From: a virus
Virus record (IMG/VR): IMGVR_UViG_3300043251_000023
Coordinates: 9,544 to 73,543 of that record
DNA: 64,000 bases
Strand: one strand, 5' to 3'
Position numbers and translations under genes: made by a program. The notes below the pieces were generated by a model, which made no database searches, was not told where the DNA came from, and worked only from the letters and a program-made list of their open reading frames with translations. The first letter of the stretch is position 1. Each line of letters starts with the position of its first letter. Positions 8,396 through 16,946 of this stretch are shown here, piece after piece.

Positions 8396-8548
8396 ATGAC
8401 AATATTGGGAATCAATTGTGCTGTGTGTGGCAAGCCCTGCAAGTGGGTAAGTGCCGACTCGAACGGCATGGCGCCAAACAAATTCGGCGGCTGGTATTGT
8501 GAGCCATGCGATACCTATTCCGAAACCGATGTGGGAGTGGAAGAATAA
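8396..8548 (+). CDS. small Zn-ribbon protein
   Basis: CAVC...CEPC. Confidence 0.6.
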   Translation: MTILGINCAVCGKPCKWVSADSNGMAPNKFGGWYCEPCDTYSETDVGVEE

Positions 8549-8579
8549 CGCCGAGTTAACGCCCAAATGAAAGCCGTCG

Positions 8580-8993
8580 ATGTCTAGGCACCACATGAAA
8601 GCGAGCGCCAAAAAGAGGGTCAATATCTTCGACGCCTGCGAGCGCGCGGGCAAGGTGATACTCGATGCCGGCTTTGAGTTTCGGTATCAGTCCAAGATCA
8701 CCGAGACCAAATACTACGGCCTGCCCGGTCGTCCGCATAATATCCGCGTGTCGTGCCACAAGTCGAAACGCGGGCCGATAGGGATGCCGGAGACAGTCGC
8801 CAAGATCACGTTTCACGCTGGCGGTTGCGAGACGCCGAACTGCATCGCTATCTCGGACGAGGCATTCGAACACATGGTTGCTGTCGCGATTGGCTTCTAC
8901 GTCATGAAATCGAACGGACCAATGCGGTCAAGTTGGAACGGTAAGAAGGGCACATGGGAAGCATCTCATGGCGCTGCTACAATTTCCGTCTAA
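8580..8993 (+). CDS. hypothetical protein (S..T.T.YY...IRVSCH family)
   Basis: Array ORF with IRVSxH motif. Confidence 0.7.
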   Translation: MSRHHMKASAKKRVNIFDACERAGKVILDAGFEFRYQSKITETKYYGLPGRPHNIRVSCHKSKRGPIGMPETVAKITFHAGGCETPNCIAISDEAFEHMVAVAIGFYVMKSNGPMRSSWNGKKGTWEASHGAATISV

Positions 8994-9015
8994 TCCCTGA
9001 ACAGCAGGAAGAACC

Positions 9016-9297
9016 ATGAGAACCGATGAGGCAATGAAGGTCGAGACCATTGCGCAGCTTCACGATACGGCCTGCCATGAGGTCGCGCGCCTCACTGAGC
9101 TCCGCGAATCAGACGCGAAGGTGATCGCGGCGTTGAGGGCAACAATTCTGAACATCGGCGATCTTGCGGACAAGGCCACTCATGGCGGCGGTACTACTTT
9201 CTTGTATGGCGTCACACTGCGGGATATTATTTTCCGATGCGCTACGGCGTTATCGCCGACAGGTGAGCAGACAGCAGGGAGAAGCAATGATGTTTAA
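9016..9297 (+). CDS. hypothetical protein
   Basis: AGGA SD. Confidence 0.65.
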   Translation: MRTDEAMKVETIAQLHDTACHEVARLTELRESDAKVIAALRATILNIGDLADKATHGGGTTFLYGVTLRDIIFRCATALSPTGEQTAGRSNDV

Positions 9298-9568
9298 GGA
9301 CGTGCTCTTTATCGACAATCCTCGTTCGTGGCCGCCGTGTGAGCCAGCGTCCGATCCGGACTGGATCAAGCACGTTCATTGTGACAGCGCTCGATGGCAT
9401 ACGCCGTCATGGGGCTTGTATCATAGCTGGCGCGGTGAGCGCGCGATTGAGCGATGTTCGCAGGCTTGTTGTATCGTCAACAAAATAGCCGCTGAACAAC
9501 TTGCTGAAATCGGCATAAAGGCCACCTTTGTCACACACAAAGACGGCAAGATACTTCCGCGTTCATAA
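9287..9568 (+). CDS. hypothetical protein
   Basis: GGGAG SD; overlaps the upstream stop. Confidence 0.6.
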   Translation: MMFKDVLFIDNPRSWPPCEPASDPDWIKHVHCDSARWHTPSWGLYHSWRGERAIERCSQACCIVNKIAAEQLAEIGIKATFVTHKDGKILPRS

Positions 9569-9588
9569 GCGATTAGCCGGGAGAACCC

Positions 9589-9849
9589 ATGAGCACAGCA
9601 GAACAGATTGTTAATCGAGCGCTCCAAAAAGTCGGTCGCGATCCTCGCATCGATCCCAAGCCAGGTGATATCGTGCGCTCGGATTATCCGTCGATTGGCG
9701 AGCGCCATGTAATCCATGCGAACGAATGTGGCGTTTCCTATTGGCGCATTCGGCCTAACGGTAGGCGATATGATGGGTACTGCCTCCCCGGCATTTGGCA
9801 AAAATGGTGCCGAGGCCATAGGGCCGCTATCATCCAAACAGGCGGTTAA
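9589..9849 (+). CDS. hypothetical protein (RDPRIDPKPGD family)
   Basis: GGGAG SD. Confidence 0.7.
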   Translation: MSTAEQIVNRALQKVGRDPRIDPKPGDIVRSDYPSIGERHVIHANECGVSYWRIRPNGRRYDGYCLPGIWQKWCRGHRAAIIQTGG

Positions 9850-9873
9850 TGGCCAATAAGCACGGAGAAAATC

Positions 9874-10044
9874 ATGGGCTACAAAATGTCGCTCTATTCT
9901 TGCACCTGCCGGATGAACTCGGTCAATTCGGCGTCGCTCGATCCGCCCGAGCCGATCCTTGATCCGTGGTGCCCGATCCACGGCAAAGACCCTGATGTGG
10001 AATACGAAAAACGACGCGACGACGCGCTGTGGGATCGGAAATGA
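9874..10044 (+). CDS. small CTC...CPIHG protein (56 aa)
   Basis: GGAG SD; ATGA overlap with next gene. Confidence 0.65.
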   Translation: MGYKMSLYSCTCRMNSVNSASLDPPEPILDPWCPIHGKDPDVEYEKRRDDALWDRK

Positions 10045-10343
10045 GCGATCTTGCTCTCGCCCTCGACTACAATCCCTTTGACGGGGATTTTGGTGATGTC
10101 GGTGATCGCGAACTACGCGACAAGATCGTGCAATTCAGGAAGCCACGCCGATGCCATTGCTGCGGTCATAACGTCAAGCCGGGCACGACCGGGAGAAGCC
10201 TTACCATGCTGTGGATGAGCGACGGGATTATGTCCTACGCCTACTGTCACGAATGCACCGAAGCGCAAGCCAAGTCGTGGACCGATGAAGGAAGGGCGCT
10301 CGACAAACGCTTCGCTCTGCGCGGCCGAGCAAAAGCCGGTTAA
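10041..10343 (+). CDS. Zn-finger protein
   Basis: RKPRRCHCCG...YCHEC. Confidence 0.7.
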   Translation: MSDLALALDYNPFDGDFGDVGDRELRDKIVQFRKPRRCHCCGHNVKPGTTGRSLTMLWMSDGIMSYAYCHECTEAQAKSWTDEGRALDKRFALRGRAKAG

Positions 10344-10358
10344 CAAGAGATCAGCCTC

Positions 10359-10472
10359 TTGCCTCCAGCCCCTGTTCCCACTAAAAGCCCGGCTAGTGGC
10401 GTAACGCAGTGATGCGTGAGTCCCTTTTCCCCGAGGCGGTCCGGAATAAACCCCGGGCCGCCTTTCCTTTTT
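10359..10472 (+). ncRNA. candidate promoter + small RNA + terminator unit
   Basis: TTGCCT-17 nt-TAAAAG; CU-rich TCCCTTTTCCCC (10421-10432); terminal hairpin 10434-10463 with T-rich tail. Confidence 0.45.
10434..10472 (+). terminator. intrinsic terminator ending the accessory array
   Basis: AGGCGGTCCGG/CCGGGCCGCCT stem then TTCCTTTTT. Confidence 0.65.
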
Positions 10473-10499
10473 CAGGGATCCGCCGCTAAGATCGTTCGC

Positions 10500-10730
10500 A
10501 TGGGAATCACCATAACCGCCGACGAATCCATGGTGCCCCCGCGCCCGACTGCGCTCGTCCTGACCTGCGACGGGGACCATGGCGACCTCTTCGGTACGAT
10601 CACCGGAACGTTCATGCACGCCGACGGCTTTGCCGCCGAGCACGCCCTTGCCATGCGCGCCGGCTGGAAAGAGCGGGACGGCAAAGGCCGGGGGCGTCCA
10701 TGGCTATGCCCGCTCTGCTCAGGAAAGTAG
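10500..10730 (+). CDS. small Zn-binding protein (CD...GW...CPxC family)
   Basis: LTCDGDH...AGWK...WLCPLC. Confidence 0.6.
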   Translation: MGITITADESMVPPRPTALVLTCDGDHGDLFGTITGTFMHADGFAAEHALAMRAGWKERDGKGRGRPWLCPLCSGK

Positions 10731-10835
10731 CGCCCCGATCGTCACCGCCCAGACCGCGACCGTCGCCAAGAACGCCGACAGGGCGACCAACTCCTCCGGG
10801 CCCAGCAATATCCAGATCATCCACAGTTTACGCAT
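10719..10835 (-). CDS. small hydrophobic membrane peptide (38 aa)
   Basis: GAGGA SD; MRKLWMIWILLGPEELVALSAFLATVAVWAVTIGALLS*. Confidence 0.45.
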   Translation of the reverse strand: MRKLWMIWILLGPEELVALSAFLATVAVWAVTIGALLS

Positions 10836-10943
10836 GGCTATCCTCGTTAAGTGAACGAGAATCACCGTAGCCCCGAAGGGTTTAAGCTTTCCTAATCAGG
10901 AGCCCTCGCCAAACCTATCCGAACCTATATGCTCGGAGACGCT

Positions 10944-11591
10944 ATGGATGAGACCCTTAAATCCCCGCCAGAGGCCCCGGGACGGCCCACAGAGGCCCTG
11001 CCCGTTGCGCCAAAGCTGACCAAGGCAGGTCGGCCGCGCAAAAAAACGGGCCCACCCAAGGGCGTCCGGCCTGGCGGCAAACAGAAGGGGTCGAAGAACA
11101 AGGCCACGCTCGCCCGGGAAAAGCAGGTGCGGGAGGAACTTGAGCGGCTGAAGGCGCAAGAGGCGGCCGCGCAGGCCGCTATCGCGGCGGAGGTTGAGAA
11201 GGCAACGGGCAAGCCGCCGGTATCGGGCAAGGACGTGCTGATCCAGCTTGTGAGCGTCTACATGGGGCTGACGGCGCTTTACCAACCGTGGGCGCAGTGG
11301 AGCGTGGTCAACGGGGTGCGCACGAACTCGAACCCAAATTATGACGAGGCCATGTTCCGGCACTATTCAGCGATGGCGAAGGAAACCGCGGCGGTCCTTA
11401 CGCCGTTCCAGCACCCGCGCTATTCGGCGATGGTCGTCGGGGCATCGGTCGTCACCAAGGTCGAAATCGACGGCGGCTTCCCGTCCGATTTCAGGGCGCC
11501 GGTCGGGCTCGGGACCGTGTTGCCAGCCCTCACCGTGATTTCAGCAGAGGATGAGGAACCGCCGGCGTTGCCGAAGGTCGTGAACGAATGA
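10944..11591 (+). CDS. terminase small subunit-like protein
   Basis: GGKQKGSKNK motif, C-terminal PFQHPR; lies just upstream of TerL. Confidence 0.7.
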   Translation: MDETLKSPPEAPGRPTEALPVAPKLTKAGRPRKKTGPPKGVRPGGKQKGSKNKATLAREKQVREELERLKAQEAAAQAAIAAEVEKATGKPPVSGKDVLIQLVSVYMGLTALYQPWAQWSVVNGVRTNSNPNYDEAMFRHYSAMAKETAAVLTPFQHPRYSAMVVGASVVTKVEIDGGFPSDFRAPVGLGTVLPALTVISAEDEEPPALPKVVNE

Positions 11592-11619
11592 GGGCTTTCG
11601 TGCGAATGCTGGTCGAAGG

Positions 11620-13002
11620 GTGTCGTCTCCGCCGTGCACAGCGGAGATGGCGCCGATGAGCGACGTCGGCATGGTGCCGTTCGAGGCGCAGACCGCCCGC
11701 GTGACGCTCCCCACGTTCCACCCCGCCCAGGCGAAGCTCCGCTGGCTCATGTCCCAAGCGCCCTACGTCGTGGCCCGCTGCGGTCGCCGGTGGGGCAAGA
11801 ACGTGATCGGCGAATCGGTGGCGATCGATGACGCCGCGAAAGGCCGCTACGTCGGCTGGTTCGCCCCGGAGCGGAATCGGCTTCTCGAATCCTACAACGT
11901 GATCGTCGAGGCGCTCGACCCGATCAAGAAAAGCTCGGACAAGACGCACGGCATCATCCGGACGATTACTGGCGGCCGCGTTGATTTCTGGTCGCTCGAG
12001 GACGAGAACGCTGGGCGCTCCCGAAAGTATCACCGTGTCATCGGCGACGAGATCGCTTTCACCAAGCCCAACACGATCGATATCTGGACCAAGTCGATCA
12101 AGCCGACGCTTCTCGACTACGGCGGCCGGGCATTGATGATGTCGAATACAAACGGGATCGACAGCACCAATTTCCTATATGCGCTGTGCCATGACGCCGC
12201 CTACGGGTTTGTCCAGTTTCATGCGCCGACCCAATCAAATCCGTTCCTGCCTAGAGAGGCCGTGGAGGCGTTGCAAAGGGACAATCTGCCGCTGGTTTAT
12301 CAGCAAGAGTTCCTCGCAGAATTTGTCGACTGGTCAGGATCCGCCTTTTTCTCGCGGGATAAGCTGTTGGTGAATGGCGAGCCGATGGATATGCCGATCC
12401 GCTGCGAAGCGGTCTATGCGGTCATTGATTCTGCCACGAAAACCGGCAAGACGAACGATGGCACCGGCGTGGTGTTTTTCGCCCTAATCCGCAATCACAT
12501 CCGGCCAGTCGGTGTGGACGGCCAAGTCGGCCCTGCCTATCGGCTAGTCATCGTCGACTGGGATCTGGTCCAGATCGAAGGCGCGCTGCTCGAGACGTGG
12601 TTGCCGACGGTCTTTCAAATCCTCGGCGACCTTGCGGCAAAATGCCAAGCCAACCGCGGAAGCCTCGGCGTTTTCATCGAGGACAAATCGTCGGGCATGA
12701 TCCTGCTGCAGCAGGCGCGACGTCGCGGCTGGCCCGCGTTCCCGATCGAATCGCCGCTGACAAAGGTGGGCAAGGACGAGCGTTGTATTTCGGTTTCTGG
12801 CTACGTTTACCAGGAGCTTTGCAAGATAGCGCGCCCGGCCTACGACAAGGTCACAAATTACAAGGGGACCGTGCGGAATCATCTTCTCGGCCAGGTCGTC
12901 GGTTTTCGGGTCGGGGACAAGGATTCCACACGCGAAGATGACCTGACCGACTGTTTCGCGTATGGTCTGGCGATCGCGCTTGGAAACGCAGAGGGATTCT
13001 GA
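11620..13002 (+). CDS. terL: terminase large subunit
   Basis: Walker A RCGRRWGKN, Walker B VIGDEIA, QQEFLAEF, nuclease acidic residues (IDSA, IEDK, DDLTD). Confidence 0.93.
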   Translation: MSSPPCTAEMAPMSDVGMVPFEAQTARVTLPTFHPAQAKLRWLMSQAPYVVARCGRRWGKNVIGESVAIDDAAKGRYVGWFAPERNRLLESYNVIVEALDPIKKSSDKTHGIIRTITGGRVDFWSLEDENAGRSRKYHRVIGDEIAFTKPNTIDIWTKSIKPTLLDYGGRALMMSNTNGIDSTNFLYALCHDAAYGFVQFHAPTQSNPFLPREAVEALQRDNLPLVYQQEFLAEFVDWSGSAFFSRDKLLVNGEPMDMPIRCEAVYAVIDSATKTGKTNDGTGVVFFALIRNHIRPVGVDGQVGPAYRLVIVDWDLVQIEGALLETWLPTVFQILGDLAAKCQANRGSLGVFIEDKSSGMILLQQARRRGWPAFPIESPLTKVGKDERCISVSGYVYQELCKIARPAYDKVTNYKGTVRNHLLGQVVGFRVGDKDSTREDDLTDCFAYGLAIALGNAEGF

Positions 13003-13145
13003 TGTGGACGACGGCTTTCGTCATCGCTTTCCTCGCCGCGCTGTGGGTCGTGTGGGCGCTGATCTTCTGGGGCAAGGCGCCGAACGCGACGGAGGTCGCT
13101 GGGCGGCGCCTCGTCAACCAGGCCCGGCGCCGACGGCCGTTCTGA
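13002..13145 (+). CDS. small single-TM protein (47 aa)
   Basis: TGATG overlap; MWTTAFVIAFLAALWVVWALIFWG... Confidence 0.55.
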   Translation: MWTTAFVIAFLAALWVVWALIFWGKAPNATEVAGRRLVNQARRRRPF

Positions 13146-13165
13146 TTCAACAGGGAGAGACTACG

Positions 13166-13369
13166 ATGGACGACAGGGAAATTCGCGTTCGATGTATCGA
13201 AGCTGCGGTGAAGATGGCGGAATCAGTTAGGGCGAGCGGATATATCGCTTTTGACCCGCTCGACAAGGCCAAGCAGTTCTATGCCTGGGCCACCGAACCG
13301 GCACCGAGAATTATCGATCTAATGGGCGTGAAGTCGCCCACAGATGCCGCAGAGAGGAGCGCGCAGTGA
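13166..13369 (+). CDS. hypothetical protein
   Basis: TCAACAGGGAG leader; MDDREIRVRCIEAA. Confidence 0.7.
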   Translation: MDDREIRVRCIEAAVKMAESVRASGYIAFDPLDKAKQFYAWATEPAPRIIDLMGVKSPTDAAERSAQ

Positions 13370-13725
13370 CCGAATCTCCAATGAACGGCGCTGCTACCGA
13401 GGAGCAAGTCCTCCCCGCGCTCCCCGATGCCCAGGCCGCGCCGAAGGTCGACCCGAACGCCGCGATCGACGCGCAGCTCGGGCCCATCGTCGGCGTCATG
13501 GTCCGCGGCATCATGTCGGGCGCAACCGGGATTTCCCCGGCCATCATCCTCAATGCCATCGCCCGGCAGACCGGCAAGATGCTGGCGCTGAGCGTGGCCG
13601 GAAATCCGGTCGACCAGGTCGCCAAGGCGCGGCGCGATTTTGCGGACTCATTCCGCGACGGCCTCGCCAAGGTCTCGATTCTGCAGGCGGGGAACCTGCC
13701 GCAGCAGCCACCGCCCCGAGGATAG
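13366..13725 (+). CDS. hypothetical protein
   Basis: AGGAG SD; GTGA overlap. Confidence 0.7.
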   Translation: MTESPMNGAATEEQVLPALPDAQAAPKVDPNAAIDAQLGPIVGVMVRGIMSGATGISPAIILNAIARQTGKMLALSVAGNPVDQVAKARRDFADSFRDGLAKVSILQAGNLPQQPPPRG

Positions 13726-13728
13726 CGA

Positions 13729-15294
13729 ATGTTCGGCCAGATCGACGTCAACGGCTCATCGCTCGGCAACGCTCTTTCCGAGATGCTCACCTTCCCCGAT
13801 ATTGAACCGGGTGACCTCCCATCTTATGAAATATGTAAAACCATCTGGTTATTCCACGTACTCGGGAAAAAATTAGTTGAAGGCCCGATCACGCTCGCGC
13901 AGTCGCAACCGCGCGAAATCGCTATTCCAGATTCACCAGAGGACCACGTCCGCGATCAGTTCGTACGGCAATGGGAAGCTGACCGTTGTGATGAAGTAAT
14001 TTACAACGTGGTGTCAGTCTCGCGGGCCTATGGCATTGGTACGCTGGCAGTCGTGGCTGAAGGCGTCGACCCAAGTGAGCCAATTGAATCTGACAAGCTC
14101 GCCGACCTGCAAATCGCATTCTCCGTCTTCGACCCGCTGAACACCGCGGGTAGCCTCGTGCTGAACCAGAACCCGAACTCGATCGATTTCATGAAAGTGA
14201 CGGCGATCTCGGTATCGGGCAAGCCTTATCACCGCTCTCGTACCGTTACGATCATGAACGAGCGGCCGGTCTATATCGCCTACACGCCGTCGGCGTTCGG
14301 TTTCGTGGGGCGGTCGGTATTCCAGCGTGCGCTGTTCCCGCTAAAATCCTTTATCCAGACGATGCTGACCGATGACCTTGTGACCAAGAAGGCTGGGGTG
14401 TTCATCCTCAAGCTGTCGACGGCCGGGGCAATTATCGATCAGATCATGCAGGCGTCCGCTTCGCTTAAGAGGTTCTTCATCAAGATCGCGACTATCGGCA
14501 ACGTGATCTCCGTCGGGAAGGACGAGGAAGTCGAGACGCTGAACATGCAGAACATCGACAAGGCGTTTGGCATGGCGCGGACGAACATTTTGGAGAACAT
14601 CGCGACGGCGGCGGACATGCCGGCGATCATTTTGAAGCAGGAGACCTTCGCGGAAGGCTTTGGAGAAGGCACCGAGGACGCGAAGATGGTCGCGGGCTTC
14701 ATCGATTCGTTCCGCCGCCACGTCGCCCCGGTCTATTCGTTCATGGACCGGATCACGATGCGGCGGGCTTGGAACAAGGATTTTTACAAGACGATCCAGA
14801 AGAAATTCCCCGAGGCTTACGGGGATATGCGCTACGAGGATGCGTTTTATCAGTGGTCGCAGTCGTTCACGGCGAAGTGGCCGAACCTGCTGACCGAGCC
14901 GGATTCGGAAAAGGTCAAGACCGATGACGTCAAGCTGAAGGCGATCATCGCGACGGTCGAGGTCTTCGGCCCGATGCTCGACCCGGAGAACAAGGCGACA
15001 CTGATCGGGTGGGCGCAGGACAACATCAACCAGAACAAGCTAATGTTCCAGGAGCCGATGATCCTCGACCTGGAGGCGCTGAAGAACTACGAGCCGCCTG
15101 TCCCGGCTACGGAGCCCAACGAGCCGAAGCCGTTCGCGGCGACCGATTCGGCTACCGCCCGCTCCGTCCGCCGCCGCGTCATGCGCAAGCTCGACGACGC
15201 CGAACTCGACGACCTTGTGACGATGATGAGCCAGAACCCGGCTGGTCTTCCAAAGCCAAACGGCCACATCAAAGCCCTGGCGCCGCCGAACTAG
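13729..15294 (+). CDS. portal protein (DUF1073-type)
   Basis: Follows TerL; SRAYGIG, FGFVGRSVFQ, ENIATAADMP...GFGEGTED motifs. Confidence 0.88.
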   Translation: MFGQIDVNGSSLGNALSEMLTFPDIEPGDLPSYEICKTIWLFHVLGKKLVEGPITLAQSQPREIAIPDSPEDHVRDQFVRQWEADRCDEVIYNVVSVSRAYGIGTLAVVAEGVDPSEPIESDKLADLQIAFSVFDPLNTAGSLVLNQNPNSIDFMKVTAISVSGKPYHRSRTVTIMNERPVYIAYTPSAFGFVGRSVFQRALFPLKSFIQTMLTDDLVTKKAGVFILKLSTAGAIIDQIMQASASLKRFFIKIATIGNVISVGKDEEVETLNMQNIDKAFGMARTNILENIATAADMPAIILKQETFAEGFGEGTEDAKMVAGFIDSFRRHVAPVYSFMDRITMRRAWNKDFYKTIQKKFPEAYGDMRYEDAFYQWSQSFTAKWPNLLTEPDSEKVKTDDVKLKAIIATVEVFGPMLDPENKATLIGWAQDNINQNKLMFQEPMILDLEALKNYEPPVPATEPNEPKPFAATDSATARSVRRRVMRKLDDAELDDLVTMMSQNPAGLPKPNGHIKALAPPN

Positions 15295-15310
15295 ACTTAG
15301 GCCCTCGAAT

Positions 15311-15324
15311 GGGCTAAAAATCCC
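15311..15324. promoter_or_regulatory. putative operator GGGCTAAAAATCCC, identical (inverted) to 63612-63625
   Basis: Exact 14-bp match to the spacer of the leftward early promoter. Confidence 0.5.
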
Positions 15325-15346
15325 ATGTTCAACAGGGAGAGGCGCC

Positions 15347-15724
15347 ATGATCCACGAAAATATGATGTTTGCCGATTTCAGCGAAGCTAATCGGCTACGC
15401 TGCGAATCGTCGGAAGGCTTTAACCACAAACTTTCCGATTGGAGCACATCCGATTGGATGACGGCTATCATGGGAGAACTTGGTGAGGCGGCGAATGTCG
15501 CCAAAAAACTTAACCGTATCCGCGACGGAATCCCCGGCAACAAAGAAACCGAGAAAGAATTACGCGGTAAACTCTTCAGTGAACTCGGCGACACATTTGT
15601 CTATCTCGACCTGCTTTGCCAGTCGCTCGGCTTCACCATTGGGGAAGCTGCTTGCATGGTATTTGAACGCAAATCGCTTGAGATCGGCTATCCTCGATCC
15701 TTGCAAAAGGTTCGCAGAGAATGA
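15347..15724 (+). CDS. MazG-like nucleotide pyrophosphohydrolase
   Basis: GELGEAANVAKKLNR...ELGDTFVYLDLL. Confidence 0.85.
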   Translation: MIHENMMFADFSEANRLRCESSEGFNHKLSDWSTSDWMTAIMGELGEAANVAKKLNRIRDGIPGNKETEKELRGKLFSELGDTFVYLDLLCQSLGFTIGEAACMVFERKSLEIGYPRSLQKVRRE

Positions 15725-15906
15725 GCGCGCCCGGCAGCGGGGACGACGCGATCACGCTCAAGATGGCGGATCGCATCCGCAAGCTGGCGGTAGACGGCTA
15801 CGTGCGAATCGAGGGCAACCGCTGGATTTTGACGCCGAAGGGCTGGGCGGTCCTCTTCGCCGAGGCGGAGCCGCCGATGTACAAGCCGAAGGGGAAGTCG
15901 CCGTGA
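15721..15906 (+). CDS. hypothetical wHTH-like protein
   Basis: ATGA overlap; WILTPKG. Confidence 0.6.
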   Translation: MSAPGSGDDAITLKMADRIRKLAVDGYVRIEGNRWILTPKGWAVLFAEAEPPMYKPKGKSP

Positions 15907-16030
15907 GCAGTGCTCTGATCGTTGGCCTTTTTATCGGCGGTATTTTTTCCGCTGTGGTTCTATGGATTGACCATCAAGAGGCCATCCGTCACGAAAAATG
16001 GCATCGAGATTTTGGGGTGGGGAAGTTGCC

Positions 16031-16300
16031 ATGACTGAAGCAGCGTGGATGACAGAATTGATAAATGAGGCCCGAGCGATCAGCGCCCGGACAGACGCGA
16101 CGATACGCGACCGGCGGAGTTTTGATCAGCGATGGCTGCGTTATAAAGCGCGGCTGGCTGAGAAAGAACGCGCAGAAAAAGAACAAAGAACTCGGATAAA
16201 ATGGCCAGCGCCTAGAGAATTGGCTGCGTCTCGGCAGGTAATTTCCGAGTGGCGCGTGGACGATTCCGGTAATAGCTTTCGCTTCAATCGAGGGATTTGA
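16031..16300 (+). CDS. hypothetical protein
   Basis: Coupled ORF in moron cluster. Confidence 0.5.
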   Translation: MTEAAWMTELINEARAISARTDATIRDRRSFDQRWLRYKARLAEKERAEKEQRTRIKWPAPRELAASRQVISEWRVDDSGNSFRFNRGI

Positions 16301-16946
16301 TGAATCTGGGCTGGCTACAGACACCACTCTCGAAAATCCGTTTTGTGCGGCGCCAAAACCACCACAAAGCGGACCGCCCGCCCGGACCTAAACTACCAAT
16401 TCCGGCACAAGCCGGAGTCCGTACCGGCCCGGAAGACCGGAAAATAGGGGTGTTCTGATCGAGAAACCGATCTAACACAACCGCGCGAGCGGCGCATTCG
16501 CAGGATGAGGCCCTAGTTCTGGCAGGCCCATACCAGTGGGTTCCTTGATAGAAATATCCAGGAGGCTGGGGCCTCATTTGCGAAGGAGTTAAGTATAGAA
16601 ATCATGACCGCCAAGATCGTCCGCTACCCCGACCCGGACCGAAAGAGCCGCCACGCGGACTCGGTCGACCGCGACCTCGCCGACTCGGCGATAATCATCG
16701 TCCTGCCGATCATCCGGATCGAGCGGTACGCGGAGCCGAAGCCGCGCGTGAGGCGCAAGGCGCGAAGGAGGGAAACGTGAGCGAACGACCCCATTGCTGC
16801 AAAATCGGCTGCGATAAGCGCGCCGAATACGAAGTTCGATATGGTGTCAAACCGGACGACTATGTTCACGCCTGTCTCGAACATATACCGGATTTGATGA
16901 CGGACGCAGCGCGCCACTACATTGATAGAATCGAGCCGCCACGCTG

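Noticed and set aside
4790-10343. Integron attC sites suggested by repeated TAAC/GTTAAC
   Set aside because: No RYYYAAC...GTTRRRY imperfect palindromes of 57-141 bp and no integron integrase; linkers are only 10-40 nt.
13729-15294. Anti-CBASS Acb1 nuclease (label often attached to DUF1073 proteins)
   Set aside because: No 2H phosphoesterase HxT/S pair domain evident; size and position fit a plain portal.
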